In this document: positions 10,194 through 19,566 of the stretch, piece by piece | Layout of the letters: every line of letters begins with the position of its first letter | Numbering within the stretch: position 1 is the stretch's first letter | From: Patescibacteria group bacterium | Lineage (GTDB): Bacteria; Patescibacteriota; Minisyncoccia; UBA6257; UBA9933 | Length of the DNA: 64,000 nt | Reading direction: 5' to 3' | NCBI GenBank assembly: GCA_038078555.1 | Contig: JBBTYQ010000001.1 | Location: 156,158-220,157 of the forward strand | Notes under the pieces: generated by a model | Databases searched by the model: none | What the model was told of the DNA's origin: nothing | Seen by the model: the letters and a program-made list of their open reading frames with translations, nothing else | Made by a program: the position numbers and the translations under genes

Positions 10194-10318
10194 TTGACTT
10201 TTGTTGTAAAAGATATTATAATGTATATAGAACACAAAAGCGTATTTATGTACGTTAAAAAACAAAAAAGATAGACAAGCCCATAAAACATCAAATTTTA
10301 GCTTAAGGAGGGACAGCG
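10194..10318 (+). promoter_or_regulatory. promoter + conserved leader, module copy 2
   Basis: TTGACT (10194-10199), 17-bp spacer, then TATAAT (10217-10222). Next come AGAACACAAAAGCG, a degenerate hairpin (10239-10256), a longer A-rich leader, the AGGAGGG SD and ATG at 10319. Confidence 0.7.
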
Positions 10319-10822
10319 ATGAGATACGAAAACGATAAAAAAGCGGCAGTTGAAGCATTGGCAAAGATTGATCCGTTCCAGCCTCTTGGAGCAGAGCTTT
10401 TTAATGCGATTTTTCGAGTATCAGTTGGCATCGCGATTGAGACAGTCGCGATTCGCCGGAATTCCGAAACTGGAAAAGTGGAAGTTTTTCTAACGTGGCG
10501 AAACGAAACAGCGCCTACTTATAAAAACACTTGGCATGTTCCGGGTTCATACATGAGACCCGGAGAAACAATTAAGAAAACGATTGAGCGTATCGCAAGG
10601 GATGAATTTAAGTGTTCTATTAAAGTGATTAAGGATGCTGGATGGAAAGACAATCCGACCGAAGAAAGAGGTAGTTGCGTCCATCTTGTATTTCTAGTCG
10701 GTATTGGCGAACCAAAAAATGGGAAATGGTTTCCGGTTAATGAATTACCATCAGAAACGATCGAACATCATCGCCACGTTGTAATCCCTATAGCAGTTGA
10801 AGCTTTTAAGAGCATTAGTTAA
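10319..10822 (+). CDS. Nudix-fold protein with partly degenerate Nudix box
   Basis: WHVPGSYMRPGETIKKTIERIARDEF aligns to GX5EX7REUXEEXGU with several catalytic positions changed. It is a paralogue of 19010..19471. Confidence 0.6.
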   Translation: MRYENDKKAAVEALAKIDPFQPLGAELFNAIFRVSVGIAIETVAIRRNSETGKVEVFLTWRNETAPTYKNTWHVPGSYMRPGETIKKTIERIARDEFKCSIKVIKDAGWKDNPTEERGSCVHLVFLVGIGEPKNGKWFPVNELPSETIEHHRHVVIPIAVEAFKSIS

Positions 10823-10848
10823 CAGAATTAATTTTCTGGTTTTAACCA

Positions 10849-10877
10849 AGGAGGGATTAATATCCCTCCTTTTTTTA
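10849..10877 (+). terminator. intrinsic terminator
   Basis: AGGAGGGAT-ttaa-ATCCCTCCT followed by a T-run. Confidence 0.85.
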
Positions 10878-10963
10878 TTGACTTTGCCGGCAAAAGCTAA
10901 TATAAAATAAGAAGAACATCAAATCCGCTTAGCGGAATAAAAAACAAATATGGAGGAATTGAA
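10878..10963 (+). promoter_or_regulatory. promoter + conserved leader, module copy 3
   Basis: TTGACT (10878-10883), 17-bp spacer, then TATAAA (10901-10906). Next come AGAACATCAAA, the hairpin TCCGC-TTA-GCGGA (10924-10936), the GGAGG SD and ATG at 10964. Confidence 0.7.
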
Positions 10964-11989
10964 ATGAATAAAGCTAGGGATTTGACCGGTCAAGCGCCGG
11001 GAGGACAGCGAATAAAACTGGCAGAAGCGCTTCCATTGAGCACTCCGCTGGTGGTGCAGATATTTCCTGTTTATGCCTGCAATTTTAAATGTAATTACTG
11101 TATTTTTCAGCTAGACAAGAAAGAAAGGGGTTTTATTTCGGACAAAGCCGTTATGAGCTTTGAGTTGTACAAGAAAGTTATAAAAGAGCTGGCTTTATTT
11201 CCTAATAAAATAAAAGTGTTGCGTTTTGTCGGAATAGGCGAGCCCTTGCTTCATCCGAGGATAACCAATATGGTTGATTACGCGGTTTTTAAAGGAGTGG
11301 CGGATAAAGTTGAAATTCTGACAAACGCTTCTCCTTTAACGAAGAATATGTCAGATGCGTTGATATCAGCCGGACTTTCAAGATTGGTTATTTCTCTTCA
11401 GGGCTTAACAGCAGAAAAGTACTGGGAAACAAGCAAAATCAAGATAAATTTCAAGGCCTTTATTGAGAATATCAAGTACTTTTTTCAAAATAAAGGCAAG
11501 GCGCATGTTTATATTAAAATAGTAGACAGCGCCTTAGACGGCAAAGAAGACGAAGCGAAATTTTACGAGATATTTGGGAAAATTTGCGATAGCTTGGCAA
11601 TTGAGCATATTGTTCCCATACATTCAGGCGTAGATTACGAAAAAGCGTTGAAAGGCAAAGATATTTCTCAAACTCAGTTTGGTTTGCCTGTTTCAGAGCT
11701 GAAAATTTGCCCCCAGCCATTTTTCCATATGCAGATTAACCCTGATGGAAAGGTAGTCTCGTGCTATTCCTGGGATTATCCGAAAATCATAGGGGATTGC
11801 AATAACGAATCTGTATTTGAAATATGGAGTGGTAAGAAATTTCAGCATTTTAGAAGAAAGATGCTAGATGGAAGAAAGAGCGTATGCAAGATTTGCGCGG
11901 AGTGCAAGATAAGCACCTATCGGATGTTTCCGGAAGATGTTATCAGCGACGAAGACGCAGAAAGACTTAAAAAGTTTTATAAATTTTAA
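10964..11989 (+). CDS. radical SAM enzyme with C-terminal Cys-rich (SPASM/twitch-like) extension
   Basis: CNFKCNYC is a CX3CX2C motif near the N-terminus. The C-terminal region has additional cysteines (CPQPF...VSCYSW...CKICAECK). Confidence 0.8.
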   Translation: MNKARDLTGQAPGGQRIKLAEALPLSTPLVVQIFPVYACNFKCNYCIFQLDKKERGFISDKAVMSFELYKKVIKELALFPNKIKVLRFVGIGEPLLHPRITNMVDYAVFKGVADKVEILTNASPLTKNMSDALISAGLSRLVISLQGLTAEKYWETSKIKINFKAFIENIKYFFQNKGKAHVYIKIVDSALDGKEDEAKFYEIFGKICDSLAIEHIVPIHSGVDYEKALKGKDISQTQFGLPVSELKICPQPFFHMQINPDGKVVSCYSWDYPKIIGDCNNESVFEIWSGKKFQHFRRKMLDGRKSVCKICAECKISTYRMFPEDVISDEDAERLKKFYKF

Positions 11990-11993
11990 TTTG

Positions 11994-12020
11994 GAGGGGA
12001 CTTGTTCCCCTCTTTTTATT
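11994..12020 (+). terminator. intrinsic terminator
   Basis: GAGGGGA-cttgt-TCCCCTC followed by a T-run. Confidence 0.85.
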
Positions 12021-12024
12021 TTAA

Positions 12025-12130
12025 TTGACTTTATTGGTAAAAATTACTATAAGTATAGCAGAACACCAAAGCGTATTTTACGCGCTAACAAATAATTCCC
12101 GCTTATCGGGATAAATAAGGGAGAATATCA
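12025..12130 (+). promoter_or_regulatory. promoter + conserved leader, module copy 4
   Basis: TTGACT (12025-12030), 17-bp spacer, then TATAAG (12048-12053). Next come AGAACACCAAAGCG, hairpin 1 (12070-12087), hairpin 2 TCCCG-CTTAT-CGGGA (12097-12111), the GGGAG SD and ATG at 12131. Confidence 0.75.
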
Positions 12131-13372
12131 ATGGTATGCATATTATCAAAACCATCAAAGCAGTCTTTATTGGATGAAATAAAAAGCAAAAAATTGCCTG
12201 TTGTAATAGCCGGAGCGGGCGTTGTGGGCAAGACTTTGCTGTCAATCTGTAAAGATAATGGGATTGAAGTGGAGTGTTTTTGCGATAACAGCAAGAAAGT
12301 GGCCGAAGTTAAAAAATTTTGCGGGTTGGAGGTAATTTATACTCCTGATTTAAAAAAGAAGTATAAAAACGCAATAGTTTTGATATCAGTTGCTTCAATA
12401 AAAGATACAGTTGACTTGCTTCACAATCTTGGATTTTTTAATTGGTATGCTGGCGGCTTGCTGCTTAAGGATTTTGATGTTTCTCAAAATTCAGATGACG
12501 CTTCTTTGGATTATGCCAAGTTTGCCATAGAAAATTGCATTCTATGCCACGATGGTTATTTGAATCCAGACAAGCTTTTTTTGAGAAGCATAGATGTTGT
12601 TATCACTGAATGCTGTTCCTTAAAATGCAAAGATTGTTCCAATCTTATGCAGTATTACGAAAATCCCAAGAATTGCGACATCGGTATGTTGCTTAAATCC
12701 TTAGATGCTTTTTGCGCAATTGTGGATGAGGTGATGGATTTTCGGGTGATCGGCGGAGAGCCGTTTGTAAATAAAGAGTGGTATTTGATAGTCAGGAGGT
12801 TAGTGGCTGAACCAAAAGCAAAAAGAGTGGTGATATATACGAATGGAACAATTGTGCCTGATAAAAAACACATTCCGCTTTTAAAGAACAAAAAAGTACT
12901 TGTGATAATTTCGGATTATGGAACTTTATCAAAGAAGTTATCCGAATTAAAGCAAGTGCTGGAGGAAAATAAAATCGCTCATCATGTTTTGAAAATAACC
13001 GAGTGGCTTGATTGCTCGGCTATAGCGGCTCATAATCGCGGTGTTCGGCAGAATAAGGAAATATTCCGAGTCTGTTGTGCCAAAAATATGGCCACTTTAT
13101 TTGATGGAAAGTTGTATAGGTGCCCCTATTCGGCAAATGCCGATAGATTAGCTGCGATTCCGGATTGTAAAAGCGATTATGTCGATATTATGCATGAGCC
13201 GATTAGCGCGAAAAACATTCGCGCAATCAAAAACAAAGTTAAGCGTTTTCTTTTGTATAAGGAGTATCTTAAGGCATGCGATTTTTGCAATGGAAGACCT
13301 TTGTCCGGCGTTGAAGTGCCGCCCAGCGCGCAGATAGAAAAACCTTTGAAGTATCGCAAATATTCCGAATAA
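12131..13372 (+). CDS. radical SAM enzyme with N-terminal Rossmann-like domain
   Basis: CSLKCKDC (CX3CX2C) at about aa 162-169. N-terminal VVIAGAGVVGKTLL is a glycine-rich loop. C-terminal cysteines are present (CCAKN...YRCPY...CDFCNG). Confidence 0.75.
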   Translation: MVCILSKPSKQSLLDEIKSKKLPVVIAGAGVVGKTLLSICKDNGIEVECFCDNSKKVAEVKKFCGLEVIYTPDLKKKYKNAIVLISVASIKDTVDLLHNLGFFNWYAGGLLLKDFDVSQNSDDASLDYAKFAIENCILCHDGYLNPDKLFLRSIDVVITECCSLKCKDCSNLMQYYENPKNCDIGMLLKSLDAFCAIVDEVMDFRVIGGEPFVNKEWYLIVRRLVAEPKAKRVVIYTNGTIVPDKKHIPLLKNKKVLVIISDYGTLSKKLSELKQVLEENKIAHHVLKITEWLDCSAIAAHNRGVRQNKEIFRVCCAKNMATLFDGKLYRCPYSANADRLAAIPDCKSDYVDIMHEPISAKNIRAIKNKVKRFLLYKEYLKACDFCNGRPLSGVEVPPSAQIEKPLKYRKYSE

Positions 13373-13393
13373 TGTCCGATTTTAAATTAACTC

Positions 13394-13429
13394 GACCCCT
13401 TGCAAAATATATTTTGCAAGGGGTTTTTA
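13394..13429 (+). terminator. intrinsic terminator
   Basis: CCCCTTGCAAAATA-TATTTTGCAAGGGG followed by a T-run. Confidence 0.85.
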
Positions 13430-13470
13430 TTGAATGCAGTATCACATTACTGTATATTAATACTTAATAA
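13396..13470 (+). repeat. direct repeat, copy 1 (terminator ... ATTAATACTTAATAA)
   Basis: It shares CCCCTTGC, AATATATTT, GGGG(C)TTTTTATTG and ATTAATACTTAATA with 14215..14317. Confidence 0.6.
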
Positions 13471-13485
13471 ATTTATAAAATACTC

Positions 13486-13513
13486 TTGACAATTACTGAT
13501 AATTTGATATAAT
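13486..13513 (+). promoter_or_regulatory. near-consensus sigma70-type promoter
   Basis: TTGACA (13486-13491), 16-bp spacer, then TGaTATAAT, an extended -10 (13505-13513). Confidence 0.7.
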
Positions 13514-13590
13514 TTCATCGTTCTTTGATAACTTAACTTATACGGCAAATACCAAATACCAAAAAATTCAGAATAGTAAAAGGAGGGAAA

Positions 13591-14169
13591 ATGAAAATAA
13601 CAAAAGAAAGGGAAATAAAAATCTCTTGGAGGAAAGATGAGGACGGGAGAGAAACACCAGTAAGGTTAAATGATAAGGAGGTAGCCGCCCTACGTCCTGA
13701 GCCAATATCAACTGAACCGCCGATACAAAAAGACATAAATACAAGCACGGATGCGAAAAGTAGCAACGAGGAAAATTTGCGTTATCCCGTCATGGAGGCG
13801 CTGACAAGCAATTATTTTGATATTTGTGCTGAAAAAGAAAAAGAGAATCTTCGTCTTAATAAGATAAGAAAAAGAGTAGAAATGTTGTCAGTTCTTGCCA
13901 ATGAAGGCCGGATAACTGCGCCCCAAAAAAAGAGATTTCTTTCAAAAAAAAGAGAATGTCCCAATTGCGGTAAGGAACTTCACAGAGAAATATTTGAAGA
14001 TGGCGGTTATCCAGATTATGGCGACAAGTATGATTATTGCGCTTGTAGCTGCGGTTACGAATATGGGATAATACCGTCTCAGTTTAAAGATATTTTTAAG
14101 GATGTGCTCATTATGACGTTTCTAATAGGAAGCGCTTTAGGTTTTATCATATTAGAATCATCATGGTAG
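13591..14169 (+). CDS. hypothetical protein; C-terminal zinc-ribbon-like Cys cluster and one C-terminal TM helix
   Basis: Strong SD (AAAGGAGGGAAAATG). CPNCGKE...CACSCGYEY cysteine cluster, then the hydrophobic tail LIMTFLIGSALGFIIL. It has its own promoter and terminator. Confidence 0.6.
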   Translation: MKITKEREIKISWRKDEDGRETPVRLNDKEVAALRPEPISTEPPIQKDINTSTDAKSSNEENLRYPVMEALTSNYFDICAEKEKENLRLNKIRKRVEMLSVLANEGRITAPQKKRFLSKKRECPNCGKELHREIFEDGGYPDYGDKYDYCACSCGYEYGIIPSQFKDIFKDVLIMTFLIGSALGFIILESSW

Positions 14170-14214
14170 CGCCCTATCTACGATAATCATTTTGTTTCTT
14201 AACAATAATTCTAG

Positions 14215-14317
14215 CCCCTTGCGGAATATATTTCTGCTCGGGGCTTTTTATTGTAAAAATTGATATATTTTAGTTTGTGTTATAATATACAAAAAATATA
14301 CAGATTAATACTTAATA
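14215..14317 (+). repeat. direct repeat, copy 2 (terminator ... ATTAATACTTAATA)
   Basis: See 13396..13470. The hairpin AGCCCC...GGGGCT plus T-run also terminates the 13591 gene. Confidence 0.6.
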
Positions 14318-15424
14318 ATGGGAAATAAAGATATTATAAGCGTAGTTGTGCCGGTATATAACGCCGAGAAGTTTTTAAAGCAATCAATTGGAAGCGTTAT
14401 TGGTCAAAGCTATCCGTATCTTGAATTGATACTTATTAATGACGGCTCAATAGATAATAGCGAGGCAATATGCAAAGAGTACGCTACTATAGATAAAAGG
14501 ATAAAAGTAATTTCTCAAAGAAACAGCGGACCGGCTGCGGCCAGAAATAACGGAATCAGTCATGCTACGGGAGCGTTTGTTTTTTTTCTGGATGCGGATG
14601 ATTTTATCGACAGCAAAACCTTTGAGATATTAATTGATAAATACAACGAGCATCAGCCCGACTTGGTTATGGGAAATTTTTGTAAGCTGGAAAATAACGG
14701 AAAAATTGTAAACCAAAGCGTTACCTTTAGTCCTGATGGCTCGCCGTTTACCGGAGAAATTAAAATTTTATCAAAAGAAGAGATTATTGATTTTATCAGG
14801 CATTTTTTAAAGCATCCAAGCAATCATTTGGTAAGTTATTGCTGGGCGAGATTGTATAAATTATCAGTGATTAAAAATAATAATATTTCCGCTAATGAGG
14901 ATATGAGGCTTTTTGAGGATTTTGTTTTCAATTTGGAATATTTAAAACACATTGATAAAATAGTGTTTGTTAATAAGCCATTATATACCTATGTAATGCC
15001 CAACAATCACGTGACAGCCAGTATGGCGATTATAAACAGCGAAAGCTTATTGCATGATATGAATTTATTCAAGCAAAAAACCGGAGATTTTTTTCAGCAA
15101 GTAAATTTTGGTTTTAAAAGCGCAATTAATATTAATAAAGAGATAGGACACACTCTTATCCACTATACGATTATTTTTTTGGTTCGTTCTTGTCGGCAAA
15201 TTGGCAAAAATAATAAAAAGTTGATTTATGATGAAATTAGAAAAATGGTTAATGCGCCGATTATTAAAGATAATTTGCGCTATTATTCTCCGCAAAAAGG
15301 AAACAGCAGAATTTTGCCGTTGTTGATGAAGCTTAAATTAATTAAATTAATAATTTATTTTTGCAAACATAAAGCTTATAAACGGTACGGAAAATTGAAA
15401 TTAATAGAAAAGACTTCAAAATGA
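14318..15424 (+). CDS. glycosyltransferase family 2
   Basis: ISVVVPVYNAEKFLKQSIGSVIGQSY...LINDGSIDNS and the DAD motif (FLDADDF). Confidence 0.85.
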   Translation: MGNKDIISVVVPVYNAEKFLKQSIGSVIGQSYPYLELILINDGSIDNSEAICKEYATIDKRIKVISQRNSGPAAARNNGISHATGAFVFFLDADDFIDSKTFEILIDKYNEHQPDLVMGNFCKLENNGKIVNQSVTFSPDGSPFTGEIKILSKEEIIDFIRHFLKHPSNHLVSYCWARLYKLSVIKNNNISANEDMRLFEDFVFNLEYLKHIDKIVFVNKPLYTYVMPNNHVTASMAIINSESLLHDMNLFKQKTGDFFQQVNFGFKSAININKEIGHTLIHYTIIFLVRSCRQIGKNNKKLIYDEIRKMVNAPIIKDNLRYYSPQKGNSRILPLLMKLKLIKLIIYFCKHKAYKRYGKLKLIEKTSK

Positions 15425-16377
15425 ACAAACAAAAAATCGCCATATTAGGCGCAACTTCCCATATTGCTAAAGGCCTTATAAGCAACTTCTTTCAAAGCGG
15501 CGATTTTGAAATGCATCTTTATATAAGGTCGTCTGACAAAATAAAAGATTTTCTTGAAAAAATAGGGCAATCTAAAAGCAAGGATTATGCCATTTGCGAA
15601 GGCTACGACGATTTTTTAAAACATCATTATGACGTTGTGATTAATTGCGTTGGAGTCGGAACATCGAACAAGCTTCAAGGCAATTATTCCAATTATTTTA
15701 CAGTAACCGAAGAATACGACAATTTAGTCATTAAATATTTGCAAAATATTAATCCTGACGCTCTTTATATAAGTTTTAGCAGCGGCGCGGTTTACGGCAG
15801 AGAATTAAAAGAATCGGCTGAAGAAAATTCTCTAAACTGCATAAAAGTGAACAATATTTTAAAAGAAGATTATTATTCTATTGTCAGGCTTAATGCCGAA
15901 ACCAAACACAGGACTTTTAACAATCTCAATATCGTTGATTTGAGATTATTTTCTTATTTCAGCAGATTTATCGATTTAACAGACGGTTATTTCATCACGG
16001 AATTGTTAAATAGTCTTTTAAGTAAAGAAACTTTTATGACAAACGACCAAAATATTATTCGCGACTACGTTCATCCGAAAGACCTTTTTTCAATAATTAA
16101 AAAATGCATTGAGGCAAAAAAAATTAACGCGGCATTTGATGTGATAAGCGCCAAACCGGTCGAGAAAAAGGAAATCTTGGATTATTTTTCCCGAGAGTAC
16201 GGTCTGAAATATAAAACAATCTCGTCTTTGGCCAATACGAGCGCAACGGGTTCAAAAAATATTTATTATTCAAAATATAATAACTCTTCAAGTATTGGTT
16301 ACAAACCGGAATTCAGCTCTCTAGATACGATTCAGCAAGAATCAAAATATATTTTAGGCAATTTAACTAAATTATAA
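15421..16377 (+). CDS. NAD(P)-dependent sugar epimerase/reductase (SDR-like)
   Basis: N-terminal IAILGATSHIAKGL Rossmann loop. The length and context fit a sugar-nucleotide SDR. Its start overlaps the upstream stop (ATGA). Confidence 0.55.
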   Translation: MNKQKIAILGATSHIAKGLISNFFQSGDFEMHLYIRSSDKIKDFLEKIGQSKSKDYAICEGYDDFLKHHYDVVINCVGVGTSNKLQGNYSNYFTVTEEYDNLVIKYLQNINPDALYISFSSGAVYGRELKESAEENSLNCIKVNNILKEDYYSIVRLNAETKHRTFNNLNIVDLRLFSYFSRFIDLTDGYFITELLNSLLSKETFMTNDQNIIRDYVHPKDLFSIIKKCIEAKKINAAFDVISAKPVEKKEILDYFSREYGLKYKTISSLANTSATGSKNIYYSKYNNSSSIGYKPEFSSLDTIQQESKYILGNLTKL

Positions 16378-16389
16378 AAACGGAATTTT

Positions 16390-17322
16390 ATGAACAACGG
16401 ATTTTCATTGCAAGACCACTTTGATTTAACGAAAAGAAAACTAGAGGAGGCAAAGCCTTTAGTAAAATTATTTGCTTTTGATTATGATGGAACCATTTAT
16501 GACGGTCTTGATTATAAACAGCCGGAAGTTATTGCTTTGGTGGAAAAAATTTTAGCCAAAGGCAAGTCGGTTTCTTTTATTACCGCCAGCGCGGCTTCGG
16601 CTTTGAAAACTTTTGTTCCTTTACTTAAGGAATTTCTTGTAAGCAATAACATAAATAAGCCTGTTTTTATTGGAGTAAGCAATGGAACTGTTTTATTTGA
16701 ATTAAAAAAAGGCGAATTAAAAAAAATATATAGCCACGGATTAAATTTTGAGGAAATCAATCAAATAATTAGCGGATGGAAAAAGATTTATGATAAGTTT
16801 AGCAATATTGATTTGGCGGAGAAGGGATTAAACACGTTTCAAAAATTCTTGGGCGAAAGTTGGGTTGGCTATATTTCCGATGAGATTTTAAATTTATGCC
16901 GGCCATACGAAGGAAAAATTTTTGCCGAAGAAGCCAAGGTTACTTTTGTTTTGCCAAGAAGTAAAGATTTTCATGAACAAATCATAAACGATATGAAAAA
17001 AGAGCTGGGAGAACAATATAGTATAGTTGCGGGAAACGAACTATTCTGCCATATTACAAAAAAACTTGAGGAAGACAGCAAGGCGGTAGCGGTCAAGGCA
17101 ATTTTGAAATTATTAAATTTAAAACTAACCGAAGTGGTAACTTTTGGAGATATGCCGACAGGCAATGACGAGGGACTTTTAAATTTTCCGTATAGTTTTA
17201 CTAATTTATCTGAATTGATTAGAATAAAAAGTAATTTACAGAAACCCCCTTATATTTTATTTGAACCGGAATTATCACCCGTTGCTAAAATTTATAAGGC
17301 CGTAGAATATTTAATTCTATGA
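16390..17322 (+). CDS. HAD-superfamily hydrolase (Cof-like phosphatase)
   Basis: Motif I FAFDYDGTIY and motif IV-like FGDMPTGNDEGLL. Confidence 0.7.
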   Translation: MNNGFSLQDHFDLTKRKLEEAKPLVKLFAFDYDGTIYDGLDYKQPEVIALVEKILAKGKSVSFITASAASALKTFVPLLKEFLVSNNINKPVFIGVSNGTVLFELKKGELKKIYSHGLNFEEINQIISGWKKIYDKFSNIDLAEKGLNTFQKFLGESWVGYISDEILNLCRPYEGKIFAEEAKVTFVLPRSKDFHEQIINDMKKELGEQYSIVAGNELFCHITKKLEEDSKAVAVKAILKLLNLKLTEVVTFGDMPTGNDEGLLNFPYSFTNLSELIRIKSNLQKPPYILFEPELSPVAKIYKAVEYLIL

Positions 17323-18992
17323 AACTAAGCGATTACGTAATTAAATTTATAAAAGAAGAAGTGGCTGATTCGGTTTTTTTATTGTCCGGCGGAGGCATTA
17401 TGCATTTAGTTGATTCTATCGGTAAATCCGGCATTAACGCTTATTGCTGCCATCATGAACAAGGCGCAACAATTGCCGCTGAAGGATATGGGAGAATAAA
17501 AAATCACCCCGGCGTGGCTGTAGTCACCACCGGACCAGGTGGAACAAACGCCATAACCGGCATTGCCGGAGCTTGGCTGGACAGTATTCCAATGCTCGTT
17601 ATTGCCGGACAAGTGAAGCGTGATAATATTACGCCGAGAAAAAATGGCGTTTTAACCGTAAGACAAATAGGGCTTCAAGAGTTAAATGTTATTGATACAG
17701 TGAAGCCGATTACCAAATATGCGGTAACCGTTGAAAACGAAAAAGAAATCCGCTATCACTTGGAAAAAGCGCTTTATCTGGCAACTCACGGCAGACCGGG
17801 CCCGGTTTTTGTGGAAATCCCCCTTGATGTCCAGGCAGCGGAAATAGAGGCAGACAACCTGAAGACTTTTAATAAATCGGAATTGGAAACAAAATCATTA
17901 AATATAGACGATGCTTTAATGGAAAAAGCGGTTAATTTATTAAAAGAAGCGAAGAAACCGTTGCTTATGGTTGGCAATGGCATTCGATTGGCAGGAGGAG
18001 AAAATATTTTAAGGAAAGTGATTAAAAAATTAAAAATTAACGTTGTTAGCGCGATTTTTACCGCGGACGATTTAGTCACTTATGAATATCCTTATTATTT
18101 GGGACGGCAAGGTATGGTGGGAAATAAAACGGCAAATTACGCCGTGGATAATTGTGATATATTGCTGGTGGTAGGCGAAAGACTGCAATTAACTCAAACT
18201 TCGTATGATTATGACAAGTTTGCCACGCAAGCAAAAAAAATAATGGTGGATATAGATGAGAACGAACTTTATAAAAAAACCGTTAAAATAGACATTCCGA
18301 TTAATTGCGATGCTAAAGTTTTTTTAGAGGAGCTTTATAAACAAGATATAAACTTAAAAAGATGGGACGTAAAAGTTGAGCCGATTAATCCTGATAATTA
18401 TTCCGGCGAGTCAAAATATCTTAATGTTTATAAATTTTTAGAAAAATTAAATAATTGGGCTGGTAAAATGGACGTTGCCACTTCGGACGGAATGGCGAGC
18501 GTTGCTCCGCACCAAGCTCTTAAAATATCAGGAAACCAAAGATTTATTACCAATGCCGGATTGGGCCATATGGGTTCCGGCCTTCCTTTGGCAATTGGCG
18601 CTTGTGTGGCTAATGGTAAGAAACCAGTTATTTGCTCAGAAGGAGACGGTTCAATCATGCTTTGTATTCAGGAATTGCAAACAGTTATTTATAATAAACT
18701 ACCCATAAAAATTTTTATTTTTAACAATAACGGTTACATTTCAATTAGAAATACTCATATGAAATTTTTTGGCAAAATTTTTGCCGCTGATCCGTCATCC
18801 GGCGTAAGCTTCCCAGATTTTTCAAAGCTTATTCCCGCTTGGGGATTGGCTTACGAGCGGATTAATAATAACGATGAATTGGATAAATTAGAGAAAGTCA
18901 TGGATCATCAAGGGCCGATAGTGTGTGAATTAATAATTAATCCTGCTCAACCAATGCTGGAGCGATGGTCAGCGGGAATGCTGAAGGAATAA
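17319..18992 (+). CDS. thiamine-diphosphate-dependent enzyme (acetolactate-synthase large-subunit-like; YerE-type candidate)
   Basis: N-terminal HEQGATIAAEGYGR...GPGGTNAITGIA. ThDP-binding motif GDGSIMLCIQELQT...FNNNGY. 557 aa. Confidence 0.8.
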   Translation: MKLSDYVIKFIKEEVADSVFLLSGGGIMHLVDSIGKSGINAYCCHHEQGATIAAEGYGRIKNHPGVAVVTTGPGGTNAITGIAGAWLDSIPMLVIAGQVKRDNITPRKNGVLTVRQIGLQELNVIDTVKPITKYAVTVENEKEIRYHLEKALYLATHGRPGPVFVEIPLDVQAAEIEADNLKTFNKSELETKSLNIDDALMEKAVNLLKEAKKPLLMVGNGIRLAGGENILRKVIKKLKINVVSAIFTADDLVTYEYPYYLGRQGMVGNKTANYAVDNCDILLVVGERLQLTQTSYDYDKFATQAKKIMVDIDENELYKKTVKIDIPINCDAKVFLEELYKQDINLKRWDVKVEPINPDNYSGESKYLNVYKFLEKLNNWAGKMDVATSDGMASVAPHQALKISGNQRFITNAGLGHMGSGLPLAIGACVANGKKPVICSEGDGSIMLCIQELQTVIYNKLPIKIFIFNNNGYISIRNTHMKFFGKIFAADPSSGVSFPDFSKLIPAWGLAYERINNNDELDKLEKVMDHQGPIVCELIINPAQPMLERWSAGMLKE

Positions 18993-19009
18993 TAAAACGA
19001 ATTTAAATC

Positions 19010-19471
19010 ATGCTCAATAAAAAAGAGTTTAAACAATTATCGTCATTACTGAAAAAAATAAAAAATCCGCACGAGGGTTTGCCTCAGCCGGTTTTTGACG
19101 CTCTGTTAAATGTCGTTCCTTTTTTTGCCTGTGAATTGGTTATTGTCGGCAAAAAAGGAATTTTACTTACCTGGCGCGAGGATAAGTGGTGGAAAGGTTG
19201 GCATTTTCCCGGCGGACTTTTGCGCTATCGCGAGAGCTTTGACGAGCGCATTGCCAAAGTGGCGTTTAACGAATTGGGTATTAATATAAAAAAAAGTAAA
19301 TTTTTATTTTTAAAAAATTATGACCAAGGCATTCGTTGTCATACGATTTCCGCAGTTTTTCTTTGTAAGACCGATATGACGCCCAAAGACGGAAAATTTT
19401 TCGAAAAAATGCCGAAAAATATTATAGAAGAGCATAAGGAGTTGTGGAAGATGGTAAAGAAATATTACTAA
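19010..19471 (+). CDS. Nudix-fold protein with degenerate Nudix box
   Basis: WHFPGGLLRYRESFDERIAKVAFNELGI aligns to the Nudix box, but the RE..EE glutamates are replaced (KVAFNE). It is a paralogue of 10319..10822. Confidence 0.6.
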   Translation: MLNKKEFKQLSSLLKKIKNPHEGLPQPVFDALLNVVPFFACELVIVGKKGILLTWREDKWWKGWHFPGGLLRYRESFDERIAKVAFNELGINIKKSKFLFLKNYDQGIRCHTISAVFLCKTDMTPKDGKFFEKMPKNIIEEHKELWKMVKKYY

Positions 19472-19566
19472 TTTTAGTTTGACATAATTTTTTAAAAAGG
19501 GTATTTTATACAGAGTTAAATAAAAATTTTGACAATTAAATAAGAATAAAAACAGGAGAAACCGCG

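Noticed and set aside
10964-13590. Considered the radical-SAM/SPASM genes as RiPP maturases with a nearby precursor peptide.
   Set aside because: No short SD-preceded ORF with a leader/core-like sequence lies next to them. The context is entirely nucleotide-sugar and glycosyltransferase genes.
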